Part shown: piece by piece, positions 16,164 through 29,586 of the stretch | Position numbering within the stretch: the stretch's first letter is position 1 | How the letters are laid out: each line of letters begins with the position of its first letter | Source of the DNA: Octopus sinensis | Taxonomy: Eukaryota | Direction of reading: 5' to 3' | Assembly (NCBI RefSeq): GCF_006345805.1 | Contig: NC_043011.1 | Location: 61,578,464 to 61,642,463 of the forward strand | Length of the DNA: 64,000 nucleotides | Position numbers and translations under genes: made by a program | The notes under the pieces: generated by a model | Databases searched by the model: none | Told to the model about the DNA's origin: nothing | What the model saw: only the letters and a program-made list of their open reading frames with translations

Positions 16164-19100
16164 TCTCTCTCGTTGGTATTTACTATTTATATATGACGGA
16201 TGAATTTTCATATAGCGAGGTATCCATCTTGAATGCAACATAATAGTTAATGAAATATACAAGAAGTTTAGTAACATGAATAAAATTACAAACAATTACC
16301 TCATTCCGCACATTATTATCTCTTCCTGGCGCTTCATAACTATATATGGACAACAGACATACTCCCTTATTAGATTCTGTCTCCACGACAAACTTACACA
16401 ATAAAAACATAATAGTATAACAGAAGAATACACTCCTAATTCGCAACACGTACCTTTACATTGGACATCCTCGAGGCACCACAATTATAAAGTTTTTACC
16501 TGTTATAATCATAGAATATACACTCAAATCATATCAGTTTAATTTACCATTTAACATATTCAATTTTCTATAACAGTACTAAAAGCAATATTACAATAAT
16601 TATAAACTTTTAAAATATCTAACCAAACAAGTGTATCACATAAAAAAATTTCTTCCTACTAACAGTATCATTATAAGAAAACTTCTCATTAGTGATAACA
16701 TTCACATTCATATGATAGTCTCCAAATGTTAACATAGTTTTAGGCAAGAATTCATATTAGAAATTTACTATTTTTAAATCTCACAATGAGAGATATTCAG
16801 CAACAGTGCTTTTTAGTAAAGATTGTTTGCCAACATAACATGTCATTCCTGGTTTAGGACGAATGTTGCTGTAATTTAGCTGCAAGAGACATCGTCTCCA
16901 GCTGGCCATACGCCAAGATCTAGGACTAAATTACAGCAACATTCGTCCGAAACCAGGACTGCCATGTTATGTTGGAAAACAATCTTTACTACAGGAATTC
17001 ATATTGTAATTAAGATGTTTTAAATTATATTCTTTGAATATTGCAAGAATGTTGAAGAACTTAAAATTTAAAATGTGCAGGTGTTGCGACGAAAGTGAAA
17101 TGTAGATCAAATGTCATTTGTCCAGATTCCTGGACAAAATACCCACCTTTGACTCCTGATAAGTATTACTGCAGGTACGTTTCTCTTAATCGTGGATATT
17201 ATTAAACATTTCCCATCTAATATTTGCATATTAATTGATTTTAATAAGCAGGCAATTCATCAAATTTGCTTAGTAGAATATTTTATATTGGCGCGATGTC
17301 TACAACATTTTAGAAGGATTGTAGTCAATTAAAGACAAATATTTATGTGCTGCATGTTATATAGAACGGCCTAAAGGTAAATATACGCATTATGATATTA
17401 TAATTTAAAAGCAAAATAGATCACAAAGCATAATGTTCTGTTCTTTACCGATAATATCACCTTGCGCTAGTTTCATATTATTAAATATAAAAATATGTTT
17501 CTAACATAAGCGTAGGAGTGTCTGAGTGGTAAGTAGCTTGCTTACCAACCACATGGTCCCGGGTTGAATCCCACTGCATGGTACCTTAGGCAAGTATCTT
17601 CTACTATAGCCCCGGGCCGACCAAAGCCTTGTGAGTGTAATTGGTAGACGGAAACTGAAAGAAGCCCGTCAAATATATGTATGTGTGTGTGTGTGTATGT
17701 TTGTATTTGTCCCAACACCATCGCTTGAGAACCGATGCTGGTGTGTTTACGTCCCCGTAACTTAGTGGTTTGGCAAAAGAGACCGATAGAATAAGTACTG
17801 GGCTTACAATGAATAAGTCCTGGAATCGATTTGTTCGACTACAGGCGGTGCCCCAGCATGGCTGCAGTCAAATGAATAAAAGAATAGATAGATGTATAAT
17901 GAAATTTGATATAAATTTCGATCAGTACAATTATATTTAATTTCTGAAGTATGAGAAACATCTAAAACTAAGAAGTGATTGGCTGCCACAATGCAAAAAC
18001 TGCAAAATACTACCATATAAATTTAAATAGTCTTAAATGGTGCTTATTTAATCAAACACTGCATATTCTAAGCATAAAATAATAGTCCTGCCACCAAAAG
18101 ATTACTCGCATTGAAATCAGCTGGTAAAAGTTGATCAAATTTTACCAGACGATTTCAAATATTACAAAGAAATAATCCCATCACAAATAATTTCTTCTCA
18201 AAATCGATCATTGCATGTTACCATTGTGTCCGAATTTCACTATTGTGTGTATTGCTTATATTATTTGCTATATTTTAATAAGCTATAATAGTTTAACTAA
18301 TAGGCATAATTTTCGAAAAATAAGCATCTGACAACGTTTCGACCTCTTTAGCTATAAAAAGAGGTGTCTGCATCAGTGTAGCTTCGGTCACGCGCAAGTA
18401 GCGAGAAGCGAAAGACGCGCGTCACAAGGTCATGTAGCGCGGGGGTTAAAACGTGTCCCTTTAATATTTCTGTTGTGTGAACGACCCCAGACGATGAGGT
18501 AGGCTAGCTCAATACGTAGATATAGAGGGAGAAGTCTAGCCTTCGTCAGAGACTAGAGCCGAGTAGAGTAGTTGAGAGCAGAGTAGAGTTGTGTAGCAGT
18601 CGGTAGAGTTGAGTAGTAGAGGTCATCCGAACCTGCGACATAACAATTTCACTTAATTCTTCATGCTTTTTTCAATGTATATATGCTTCGTATATTATTT
18701 TAATGTATCATATGTTACTTTCCGATATTTCTTTAATGATGTGAATACGTTTAGATGGTAAAACCCATACATGATGTTAAAAAAACGTCCCCCCACCCCA
18801 CCCCACCTTTCCGTTTCCTACAAAATCTGCAACAAGCCCGGATAGCCTTTATTATCTTTGGGTCGGGTATATGACTCATACATAACAGAGGAATATTACC
18901 AAACTTTTCGAAATATCTTGCTATGACCATTTTGGCGTTAAAATAGGAGGCCAATATAAGATGTTGGCTCCTCAATAGGCCTGCTTAGTTCGTGTTGAAT
19001 AAGTAAAACAATGGACAAAATGTGTTTAGCAATCTTTCCGTTCTGGGGTTCTAGTTATATGGAGAGAGCCTTGTAAAATAAGCATTGAAGTCCATTTCGT

Positions 19101-19937
19101 AAATGCTCACTGGAATTTCTTCCTGGAAATTGAGGTGAATGGGTACGAGGATAAGTTTCCAGCAAGACATAAGGGATATAAAAAGGAGATAGCAGGGAAG
19201 AGGGAATGTCAATAAAATGGCCGACCACTGGCATACGTTGAATTGCGAGTGTCCATTAATTCTCAGAAGAGAAAATGTTCCAGACGTTGCTAACAAATGA
19301 AAAAAGAAGAGATTTTGAGGCATTGAAGTTTTGATAAAGGAATGGAACACTTGTAGACATCTATTTCCTCACCTCTCAATCGCATTTGTTCGTTTTATTT
19401 TACTAAATTAAGTACCAAATTTATTTTATTAGTTTCATTTTATCTTACCTCATGTAGATTTACCTACAAATTATTTTATATATTACCATTAAATTGTGAG
19501 TAAACTTTTGGTATTAGGAAAGTGTTATTTTTGATATTTCGAATTAACAACACACATATATAAATTAACATATATTTATCAAAACAATTTTCAAAATTTC
19601 CGTTTCGTAGACTCGCGTAATGCTTAATAATAAGATTTGATTCATATATCAGAGCCAGTTTCTTCTAAACTACATTTTATAGATGCATGATGTTTTTTTT
19701 ATTGCAGACGGTTGAGCTCCATTAAAAATTGTACCTTGGATGCATTCCCGGACTGTTATTCTGTCTTCTTTAATCTTTATCAGGTGGATTGCTTTGGTAA
19801 GATATATGTGAATTTAATACCAGTAAATATGTAATAATCAAATTCTAACCGATATTTACATTAAATTATTTATATGACGATGTCATATCTCAATGATATC
19901 TATTATCAAAAATTAACATTTTCAAAACATATAACCA

Positions 19938-20008
<71 letters not shown>

Positions 20009-20392
20009 TATTCTTGTATGGAGGCGCATTGGCCCAGTGGTTGGGGCAGCGGCGGTTTCGATTCCCAGGCCGGGTGTTGTGTGTGTTTATTCAGCGAAAA
20101 CACCTAAACCTCCACCAGCCACCGGCAGGGGGTAGTGACGACCCCTGTTGTACTCTTTCGCCCCAACTTTCTCTCACTCTTTCTTCCTGTTTCTTGAGTA
20201 ACGCTGCGATGGACTGGCGTCCCGTCCAGCTGGGGCGAACACATACGCCACAGAAACCTACCCAGGTTCATGGGCCCGGCTCGCCGGTTTCTGTGGGTTA
20301 TGTGTTCCCCCCAGCTGGACGGGACGCCAGTCCATCACAGCGTTACCCAAGAAACAGGAAGAAAGAGTGAGAAAAAGTTGGGGCGAAAGAGT

Positions 20393-20436
<44 letters not shown>

Positions 20437-20800
20437 TGCGTGTGCGTGTGTGTACATCCAACCATCCATACATATGAATGCCTTGTGAACATTGAAAATG
20501 ATGCTTCCATGCAAGAATCGGCCTCATTAGTCAGCAGGGGCATAAACACGGACAGAGGTGGGAGGGAGAAACAGTCCACAAGGAGCCAAATAAATTATTG
20601 GATACACGAGGAAGCGCAACCTCTGGAATGTCATCTTCGCTGTATGTGGCCAAGTATTATCCTGACGGAAGAATACCTTAAGTCTTGAAACCAAAGATGG
20701 TCGTTTTTCTTCTAGCGCTGACTTAAGCCACTCAAGCTGCTCACAGTAGATTTCCTTTGTTATCATTTGGTTTGTATACATACACATACACAAACCCACC

Positions 20801-20832
<32 letters not shown>

Positions 20833-20855
20833 CATATATGCATATATACATATTT

Positions 20856-20892
<37 letters not shown>

Positions 20893-21648
20893 CATACATA
20901 CATATTAAAATGCATAAGGCTATGTAAAGTGTGTATATTTTCCATTTTTAATTCCTTATATTTATATTACAATTCACCACGTGGGGATAATCGAAATTCC
21001 TCCTCTTCTCTTACTACATATATACATATATAAAGTAACCTCCACGCCATATCACGGTTCATCTATCGCGATATATTATTTAAGCTCACTTCGATTCGTA
21101 CGTGCTGTTGATTTACATTTATAATAATATATATATATACAAACTATAAAAATAATTTTAAATATATACAGTACAGTACTGTTTCTACTTAACGTATTTT
21201 CACCTATCGTGGTGGGTTCTTGAAAGTAACACTCGCGATATTAGAGGTATTACTGTATATACATACTAGCAGTATCGCCCGGCGTTGCTCGGGTTTGTAA
21301 GGGAAATAACTATATAAGCATTTTTAGAGAGTTACTTCCCTTATATAATAGCAAAAAATGCATTAAAAATGGAAAAAAATGATGATAAATTTTTTTTTAA
21401 ATCGTAGACTCATCGTAGACATTTTTAGAGAGTTCCCTTATATAATAGCAAAGAAAATGCATTAAAAATGGAAAAAAATTATGGGAAATTATTTTTTAAA
21501 TCGTAGACTCATCGTAGACGCGCCCTAATACCCAGAAGGGCTCGATATGAATCACGACTATAAGATACCCGCTTTTGGTTAAACTGCACCGCAAAATCTG
21601 GGAGTAGTTAGGAATCTAAATCGTAGGAGACAGACACCACACAACTTT

Positions 21649-21719
<71 letters not shown>

Positions 21720-22729
21720 CATACATTAAAATACATCAAAAGGCTTCCAATAAAGAAGCAAGTGCTAGATACACACAGGGGAAAAATTCATGAAATGGAA
21801 TGAAAGTCAAAAACGTTTACTATCTCAGCTAATCCTGTACTGCAGTTTCGTCTTTTTTTTTTACAAATGAATAGAATTTACCGGCATCCTCTCTCTTCGC
21901 CGGGTATGGTTTGCGTCTGCGCACTGGTCTGAAAAGTTAGAGTATACAGATCGTTAGATTTGCACGTGCTTCTAGCGATATGTAAAGCTTGGATTATAAA
22001 GGCTTCCTACTGACGAGTCTAGCCTTAGCAGATGGATTCTATTCATTTGTAAAAAAGTCGAAACTGCAGTACAGGATTAGCTGAGATGGTAAACGTTTTT
22101 GATCTTCATTCCATTTCATGAATTTATCCCCTTTTTGTGTATCTAGCACTTGCTCCTTTATTGGAAGCATTTTAATGTACTTATATATGAATAACGTATA
22201 GTCTAATGACTAATTCGTCTTTTCTGCTAGGTCACTGGTAATAATAATTTATTTTATTACCCTATTTACTATGTTTTTTTATATATATATATATTTTTTC
22301 TTTACTACCCACAAGGGGCTAAACACAGAAAGAACAAACGGATAAAGTAGATTATATCGACCCCAGTGCGTACCTGGTACTTATTTAATCGACCCCAAAA
22401 GGATGACAGGCAAAGTCGACCTCGGCGGAATTTGAACTCAGAACGTAACGGCAGACGAAATACGGCTACGCATTTCGCCCGGCGTGCTAACGTTTCTGCC
22501 AGCTCGCCGTCTTATGATATTTATATATATATATATATATATCATTCGCCATGATAGATCGCTTAGTCACTAGACACATTTTTTCTCTCCTTGTTACTTT
22601 CTGTGGAAGAGCGTAGGCTCGAAACGTTAAAGACTTTTTCAATTCCCGTGGGCTATACTAATATATTTGTTTGTTTTCTACACCACCTGTCTTCGTCTTT
22701 TGCTTTTTTATGAATGCTCTCTCTCTATA

Positions 22730-22827
<98 letters not shown>

Positions 22828-23231
22828 ATCTTAAACATGCAATGTAGGACTGAAATAATGCCGTGCGGTATTTCACAATGTCTCTCTATTCTAACGCTCT
22901 GTCCCCGCTAAACCGTATTATGCACTGATGCAAATAATTCCAATTCAATACTCTATTACATTGGGTCAGTTTGATAAGGGCCTGGCATTTAATTTTATCC
23001 ATGAATGCAACAAACATGTAAGAATGCAAAATTAACCGACAGAAATTATAAGAATCATAAGAATGAACTGTTGCCATGAACTAAGATATGACGTATCAAT
23101 ATGAACCTAATTAAACGAGATGTCTTATTTCTCTTTCAGGAAAGGAGCCTTACTGTACATCTAAATCTGCTTCCTACTATACGTCTTTCTACAACTTAAT
23201 ATTCTTACATACGACATGGATGTTTGGGTGA
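13817..23231 (+). CDS. Gene C, complete, 4 coding exons, 103 aa predicted secreted GPI-anchored six-cysteine protein
   Basis: join(13817-13853, 17081-17174, 19708-19796, 23140-23231), GT-AG, phases 1/2/1: [103 protein letters not shown]. Sequon NCT. Confidence 0.87.
16816..16989. mobile_element. Small foldback/MITE with arms of about 65 bp and TA flanks
   Basis: gtaaagattgtttgccaacataacatg...gtaatttag versus ctaaattac...catgttatgttggaaaacaatctttac. Confidence 0.8.
17081..17174 (+). CDS. Gene C exon 2 ([32 protein letters not shown])
   Basis: tgtgcag acceptor, gtacgt donor, 94 nt. Confidence 0.88.
17510..17884 (+). mobile_element. SINE family 2 (gtggtaagtagcttgc...ccagcatggc.gcagtcaaatga)
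   Basis: Dispersed repeat with tRNA-like head and internal (TG)n. Confidence 0.85.
18471..18645. mobile_element. Solo-LTR-like element, 175 bp
   Basis: TGTTGTG...CATAACA termini with 5-bp direct repeat ATTTC on both sides (18466-18470, 18646-18650). Confidence 0.65.
19708..19796 (+). CDS. Gene C exon 3 ([29 protein letters not shown])
   Basis: tttttattgcag acceptor, gtaaga donor, 89 nt. Confidence 0.88.
20020..20398. mobile_element. tRNA-type SINE followed by an inverted copy of its own 3' tail (113-bp arms, 20146-20258 and 20286-20398)
   Basis: Head ggcgcattggcccagtggtt..ggtttcgattcccaggcc; tail with gatggactggcgtcccgtccag in both orientations. Confidence 0.75.
20600..20790 (-). mobile_element. 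Mariner (DD34D-like) transposase fragment
   Basis: [36 protein letters not shown]. Confidence 0.75.
21266..21660 (-). mobile_element. Non-autonomous Helitron-like element with an internal tandem duplication of about 100 bp
   Basis: Minus-strand end cccgagcaacgccgggcgatactgCTAG|T. Confidence 0.75.
21724..22177. mobile_element. MITE with TIRs of about 150 bp and TA flanks
   Basis: TA|CATTAAAA...aatgaatagaat versus attctattcatt...TTTTAATG|TA. Confidence 0.8.
22298..22514 (-). mobile_element. SINE family 1
   Basis: Reverse complement of 499-735, with an internal deletion. Confidence 0.85.
23140..23231 (+). CDS. Gene C exon 4, coding part ([30 protein letters not shown])
   Basis: tttctctttcag acceptor; downstream gtgatgaaattcaaa...aagaatattt matches the 3' UTR starts of E and F. 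Confidence 0.82.
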
Positions 23232-23933
23232 TGAAATTCAAATACGACTTAAAAGAAAATATTCGATTTAAGAATATTTATGAAAATGCATTTTGGGAAG
23301 GCAAAAGTATATCAGTGTCTAACATCGTGATCTAGAGCGGCTAAAGAAACTCATTCAGCGTTATCAAAATATTACTGTGAAGAAGGTGTCTTCTCTTTAC
23401 TTGTTGATACATCTCGCCTCTTTATTTGCACAACATCTTTTCAACGCCTCAGAAAGTTCAAGTAAAGTTTATTCTTGATCACCTAACCGATAATAATTGG
23501 TACCTATCCATTAAATAGTATGGCATCTTAAGCTTTGTACGAATCTCGAGTGCTTTTCTCTCTCTTTTTGTTAACTACAGTAAAGAACATCTCTGCATTC
23601 CGATATTCTGACCGTACAACAACGGTTTAATAATTAATTACCTTCATGCGTTTCCGAATGATTAAACATTTCTCTACTTATATTTGCTCACATATTTTGT
23701 ACAACAAGGATTTATGAAGCATGACTGTCACCACTACTACATGAACCTGAAGATTGCAGAATTTAATGCATGAAAGTACTAGTTCAATCAGAATGAACAT
23801 TTAACATTCTATTATTTTATTTCATTTTATTATATTATATTATATTATCTTATATTATATCATTATAAACGTGAAAATCAGACAAGGTTGGAATTCCTTT
23901 TATTAATATATATATATATACATATACATATAC

Positions 23934-23970
<37 letters not shown>

Positions 23971-24599
23971 GGAGAGAGAGTGATGTAGAAACTGAGAGTG
24001 ACTGAGGTAGATTAACTCAAATACTGAAATGTTACAAGGGTGATTTAAGAAGATGATTATCTGTTATATATTTTAACTACTAACCGAACATGAAAATGTG
24101 GAGACAGGAAATATATTTCCTTCTGGGTATACTGCTTAATGTCTGGTCACTTAATGATCACATACATCCAACAATTCTTTATGTTTCTCATATAATGTAG
24201 AAATGCTTAAAATGATGTAAGAGTTGTTTGTTTTCACTCAAAACTTTATTAGGTATTCGCTGTGATATTTTATTACGACGTGTTTAATGATTTGTATGGC
24301 AATTTAAATTATGCAACAGTTTCTCTTTGAAGAGGTTAAAAAATGTTTTAAACGCGTACTTCGGTTACATATTTTCATGCATAACAAAACTTCACACATT
24401 AAGAGACCTGCGTATGTATGTCACTGTTCAGTTTTATTTCAGGTTTTTCAGTTAATAGAGAAAGAGCTGGTTTATAACCTAGATCCAAGGTCCCTTCATT
24501 ACAATTTCAACATCAACAACAGGGTATTTTTGTTTGTTTGATTACATATATATATGCATGTATGTATGCATATATGTGTGTATGTGCTGGTTTTATGAT

Positions 24600-24925
24600 T
24601 TTACGTATGTATTCTCATGCATATATTTGCATATCTAGACTTGCTCACATATATGTAAATGATAAACTTCTGGAAAGTTTTACAGATTTTTACAGTTCCA
24701 GGGATGGTTTGGATCTGTAGTCTTCGAATTAGTTTTCTCCTTTCTGGATTTGAGAAGCCTAATTTCTCAAGATTGGTATTTAGGCAGTGTGTTACATATC
24801 TTAGGACCCTAACAATTACAGGTATAAACCTGAACTTGTAATCTGGATAGATTAACTGCAGATTCCTCAATAATTCAGAGTAGGTATTCTCTTTTGCACT
24901 GATCTTCATCTTTGTTAACATGGGC
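24600..24925 (-). mobile_element. 3' end (restriction-like endonuclease C-terminus) of an R4/Dong-like element
   Basis: KENTYSELLRNLQLIYPDYKFRFIPVIV...LQIQTIPGTVKICKTF. Confidence 0.65.
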
Positions 24926-25300
24926 TAGGCCGCTAATTTTCGCAACTGCTCAGTTTCTCTTCTCTATCCCAACTTATTATATGAGATCTGTTGTGCTTCC
25001 ATTTTATTTAGGTCTTCAATGGAACATTCCTCCAGTAATTCTATATGTGCGTTTATATGCGTTCATTTGGGACGCTGAACGAAGTATCTAACCTTCGTTA
25101 GATACTTTTTGAACGCCCTTATTTCACTCTCTCTACCTCTATTTTTTCCTTTTCTCTCTCTAATATTCTGTTTCTCTTTCCTTTTCCCCTCCCCCCATCA
25201 CCTGTTAATCTCTGACTTTTTTGCTTTTCTTTCTTTCGCCTGTTACAACTAACTGGTATAAGGTCACTAACTGGTATAAGGCGGTATAAACTAACTGGTA

Positions 25301-25540
25301 TAAGGCGGCGAGCTGGCAGAATCGTTAGCACGCCGGGCGAAATGCTTTGTGGTATTTCGTCCACCGCTGCGTTCTGAGTTCAAATTCCGCCGAGGTCGAC
25401 TTTGCCTTTCATCCTTTTGGGGTCGATAAATTAAGTACCAGTTACTCACTGGGGTCGATGTAATCGACTTAATACCTATGTCTGTCCTTGTTTGTCCCCT
25501 CAATGTTTAGCCCCTTGTGGGTAATAAAGAAATAGGTATA
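25301..25540 (+). mobile_element. SINE family 1, preceded by short tandem copies of its 5' junction (ctaactggtataagg x3)
   Basis: Match to 499-735. Confidence 0.85.
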
Positions 25541-26275
25541 AGGTCACACCAGGAGAATTTGTGCACGTGCGTATGTGTGCGTGCATACATATATGTGCAA
25601 TTGTGTATATTTACCTACTGCCTATATATGTCTGAATATGTATGTAATCATGTACCTAGTGTATATACGTATATTATAGATTCTTTTGTATGTGTATGTG
25701 TATGTGATCTGGTGTGATAAAATTGTTTTGAACGGCTATGTCTTTTAATTTATTCATTTATTAATATTTTACGGTTAATTATTTACCCGGGATATACAGG
25801 GCTTTTCCTTATTTACAAGCTATTTTTGATTTAAGGTGTTCTTCGATTTTTCTAATAATATGATTTTTAACCGAAATCCGTTATTTCATGCTACCGGTTA
25901 TTGGAAAGACCGTTATTTGAGAGGAACAAAAACACTAAATCATTTTCAAATGTATATCTTTCAAAGTAAATGTATTTCTGCTTAATCAATATAGTTGCAG
26001 TTTTTGTATTCAGGTGGGAAAATGCTTAGTGGCATTTTGTCAGAACTTTCGTTCTGAGTTCCAATGACACCTCGGTCAACCTTGCCTTTTATCATCCTTT
26101 CGATACCGATAAAAACAATACCAGTTCAGCAATGGGGGTCAAAGTAATCGACATACCTCGTCCCCTTACATTGCTGGCCTTGAGCCAAAATTTAAAACTC
26201 ATATATAGTTGTAATGTAAAGATACAGAATATAAATTTATTGTATATTTATAAAAATTCTCACATAAATTCATAT

Positions 26276-26394
26276 TCATTCAATGGCTTCTGAATCCCAG
26301 AACCACCATAGCGAAATTAGGTATATTAGTAATATGTTCAAGGAAGTCGAACTACAGACATCGCGCGTCGGGTTTGGTGGCGTCACTCTTATGT
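26276..26394 (-). CDS. Gene D exon 4, coding part (DIRVTPPNPTRDVCSSTSLNILLIYLISLWWFWDSEAIE*)
   Basis: tctgttccag acceptor; homologous 3' flank; TGA at 26278-26276. Confidence 0.82.
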
Positions 26395-27749
26395 CTGGAA
26401 CAGATATAAACAAAACATGTATTCTTTTATTCGTTTATTCTTTTACTTGTTTCAGTCATTTGACTGCGGCCATGCTGGAGCACCGCCTTTAGTCGAGCAA
26501 ATCGACCCCGGGACTTATTCTTTGTCAGCCTAGTACTTATTCTCTCGGTCTCTTTTGCCGAACCGCTAAGTTATGGGGACGTAAGCACACCAGCATCGGT
26601 TGTAAAGCGATGTTGGGGGACAAACACGCACACACACACACAAGCACAAACACATATATATGTATATGCGACAGGCTTCTTTCAGTTTCCGCAACCAAAT
26701 TCACTCACAAGGCTTTGGTCGGCCCGAGGCTATATTAGAAGACACTTGCCCAAGGTGCCATGCAGAGGGACTGAACCCGGAACTATGTGGTTGGTAAGCA
26801 AGCTACTTACCTGATATTTAGAGTGATACTTTAGAAATTAATTAGACCTTGTTGTTTAGAGTTACAAATTTATATCTTTATGATTGTTCCAGGTAACTTT
26901 CGGTTTCCAAATTTGCATTACTGCAAGTTCATTGATACACGTAAATGGCAGGTATTCCTGAATTACATTAATACACATCAGATAATGACTGTGTCATCGC
27001 AGGTGGTAAACATGAAGGGGTAGAACGGATTGAATATCTGAAGACCTCTAGCTAAATGCCGCATGTGTAAAGCAATACATCCGTTACTTACAGTTTGATT
27101 ATACAAATAAGAATATAGACGCCAGCATGGTTGTATGCTTAAACTCGCTTGGTTCAGGGTTCAATCCCACTGCTCGTCATCTTGGGTGAGTGTTCTCCGA
27201 TTATGCTCCCGATGCAATCAAGGAACTTGTCAGTGAATTTTCCAGACAGAAAATGTGTGGCACCCGTAAAACCGTTGCATACATACATACATACATGCAT
27301 ACATGCATACATACATACAAACAAACATACATACATGCATGCATACATACATACAAACATACATACATACATACAAACAAACATACATATAAACATACAT
27401 ACATACATACACACATACATACATGCATACATGCATACATACATACATACATACATACATACATACATACATACATACATACATTCATACATACATACAT
27501 ACAAACAAACATACATATAAACATACATACATACATACATACATACATACATACATACATACATACATACATACATACATTCATACATACATACATATAT
27601 ACATACATACATACATACATTCATACATACATACATACAAACAAACATACATATAAACATACATACATACATACACACATACATACATGCATACATGCAT
27701 ACATACATACATACATACATGCATACATGCATACATACATGCATACATG

Positions 27750-27781
<32 letters not shown>

Positions 27782-28006
27782 CACACATGCATACATACAT
27801 ACATACATACATACATACATACATACATACATACATACTTACATACATACATACATACATACATACATGCATACATGCATACATACATGCATACATGCAT
27901 ACATACATACATACATACATACATGCATACATACATACATACATACATACTTACATACATACATACATACATACATACATGCATACATACATACATACAT
28001 ACATAC

Positions 28007-28037
<31 letters not shown>

Positions 28038-29555
28038 CATACATACATACATACATACATACATACATACATACATACATACATACATTGCATACATACA
28101 TACATACATACATACATGCATACATACATACATACATACATACATGCATACATACATACATACATACATGCATACATACATACATACATACATACATGCA
28201 TACATACATACATACATACATACTTACATACATGCATACATACATACATACATACATACATACATACAGGTACATACATACATACATACATACATGCATA
28301 CATACATACATACATACATACATGCATACATACATACATACATACATACATACATACATGCATACATACATACATACATACATACATGCATACATACATA
28401 CATACATACATGCATACATACATACATACATACATACATACATACATACATACATACATACATACATACATACATACATACATACATACATGCATACATA
28501 CATACATACATACATACATACATACATACATACATACATACATACATACATACATACATACATACATACATACATACATACATACATACATACATACATA
28601 CATACATACATACATACATACATACATACATACATACATACATACATGCATACATACATACATACATACATACATGCATACATACATACATACATACATA
28701 CATGCATACATACATACATACATACATACATACATACATACATAGGTACGTACATACATACATACATACATGCATACATAGGTACGTACATACATACATA
28801 CATACATGCATACATACATACATACATACATACATACATACATGCATACATACATACATACATACATACATACATACATACATACATACATAGGTACGTA
28901 CATACATACATACATACATACATACATACATACATACATGCATACATACATACATACATACATACATACATACATGCATACATACATACATACATACATA
29001 CATACATACATACATACATAGGTACGTACATACATGCATACATACATACATACATACATACATACATACATACATACATACATACATACATACATACATA
29101 CATACATACATACATGCATACATACATACATACATACATAGGTACGTACATACATGCATACATACATACATACATACATACATACATACATACATACATA
29201 CATACATGCATACATACATACATGCATACATACATACATACATACATAGGTACGTACATACATACATACATACATGCATACATACATACATACATACATA
29301 CATACATACATGCATACATACATACATACATACATACATGCATACATACATACATACATACATACATACATACATACGTACGTACATACATACATGCATA
29401 CATACATACATGCATACATACATACATACATACATAGGTACGTACATATGCATACATACATACATACATACATACATACATACATACATACATGCATACA
29501 TACATACATACATACATACATACATACATGCATACATACATACATACATACATGC

Positions 29556-29586
<31 letters not shown>

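Noticed and set aside
17081-17174. CPDSW motif suggesting a C-type lectin domain
   Set aside because: The spliced product is too short and lacks WIGL, the EPN/QPD-WND region and the CTLD cysteine spacing.
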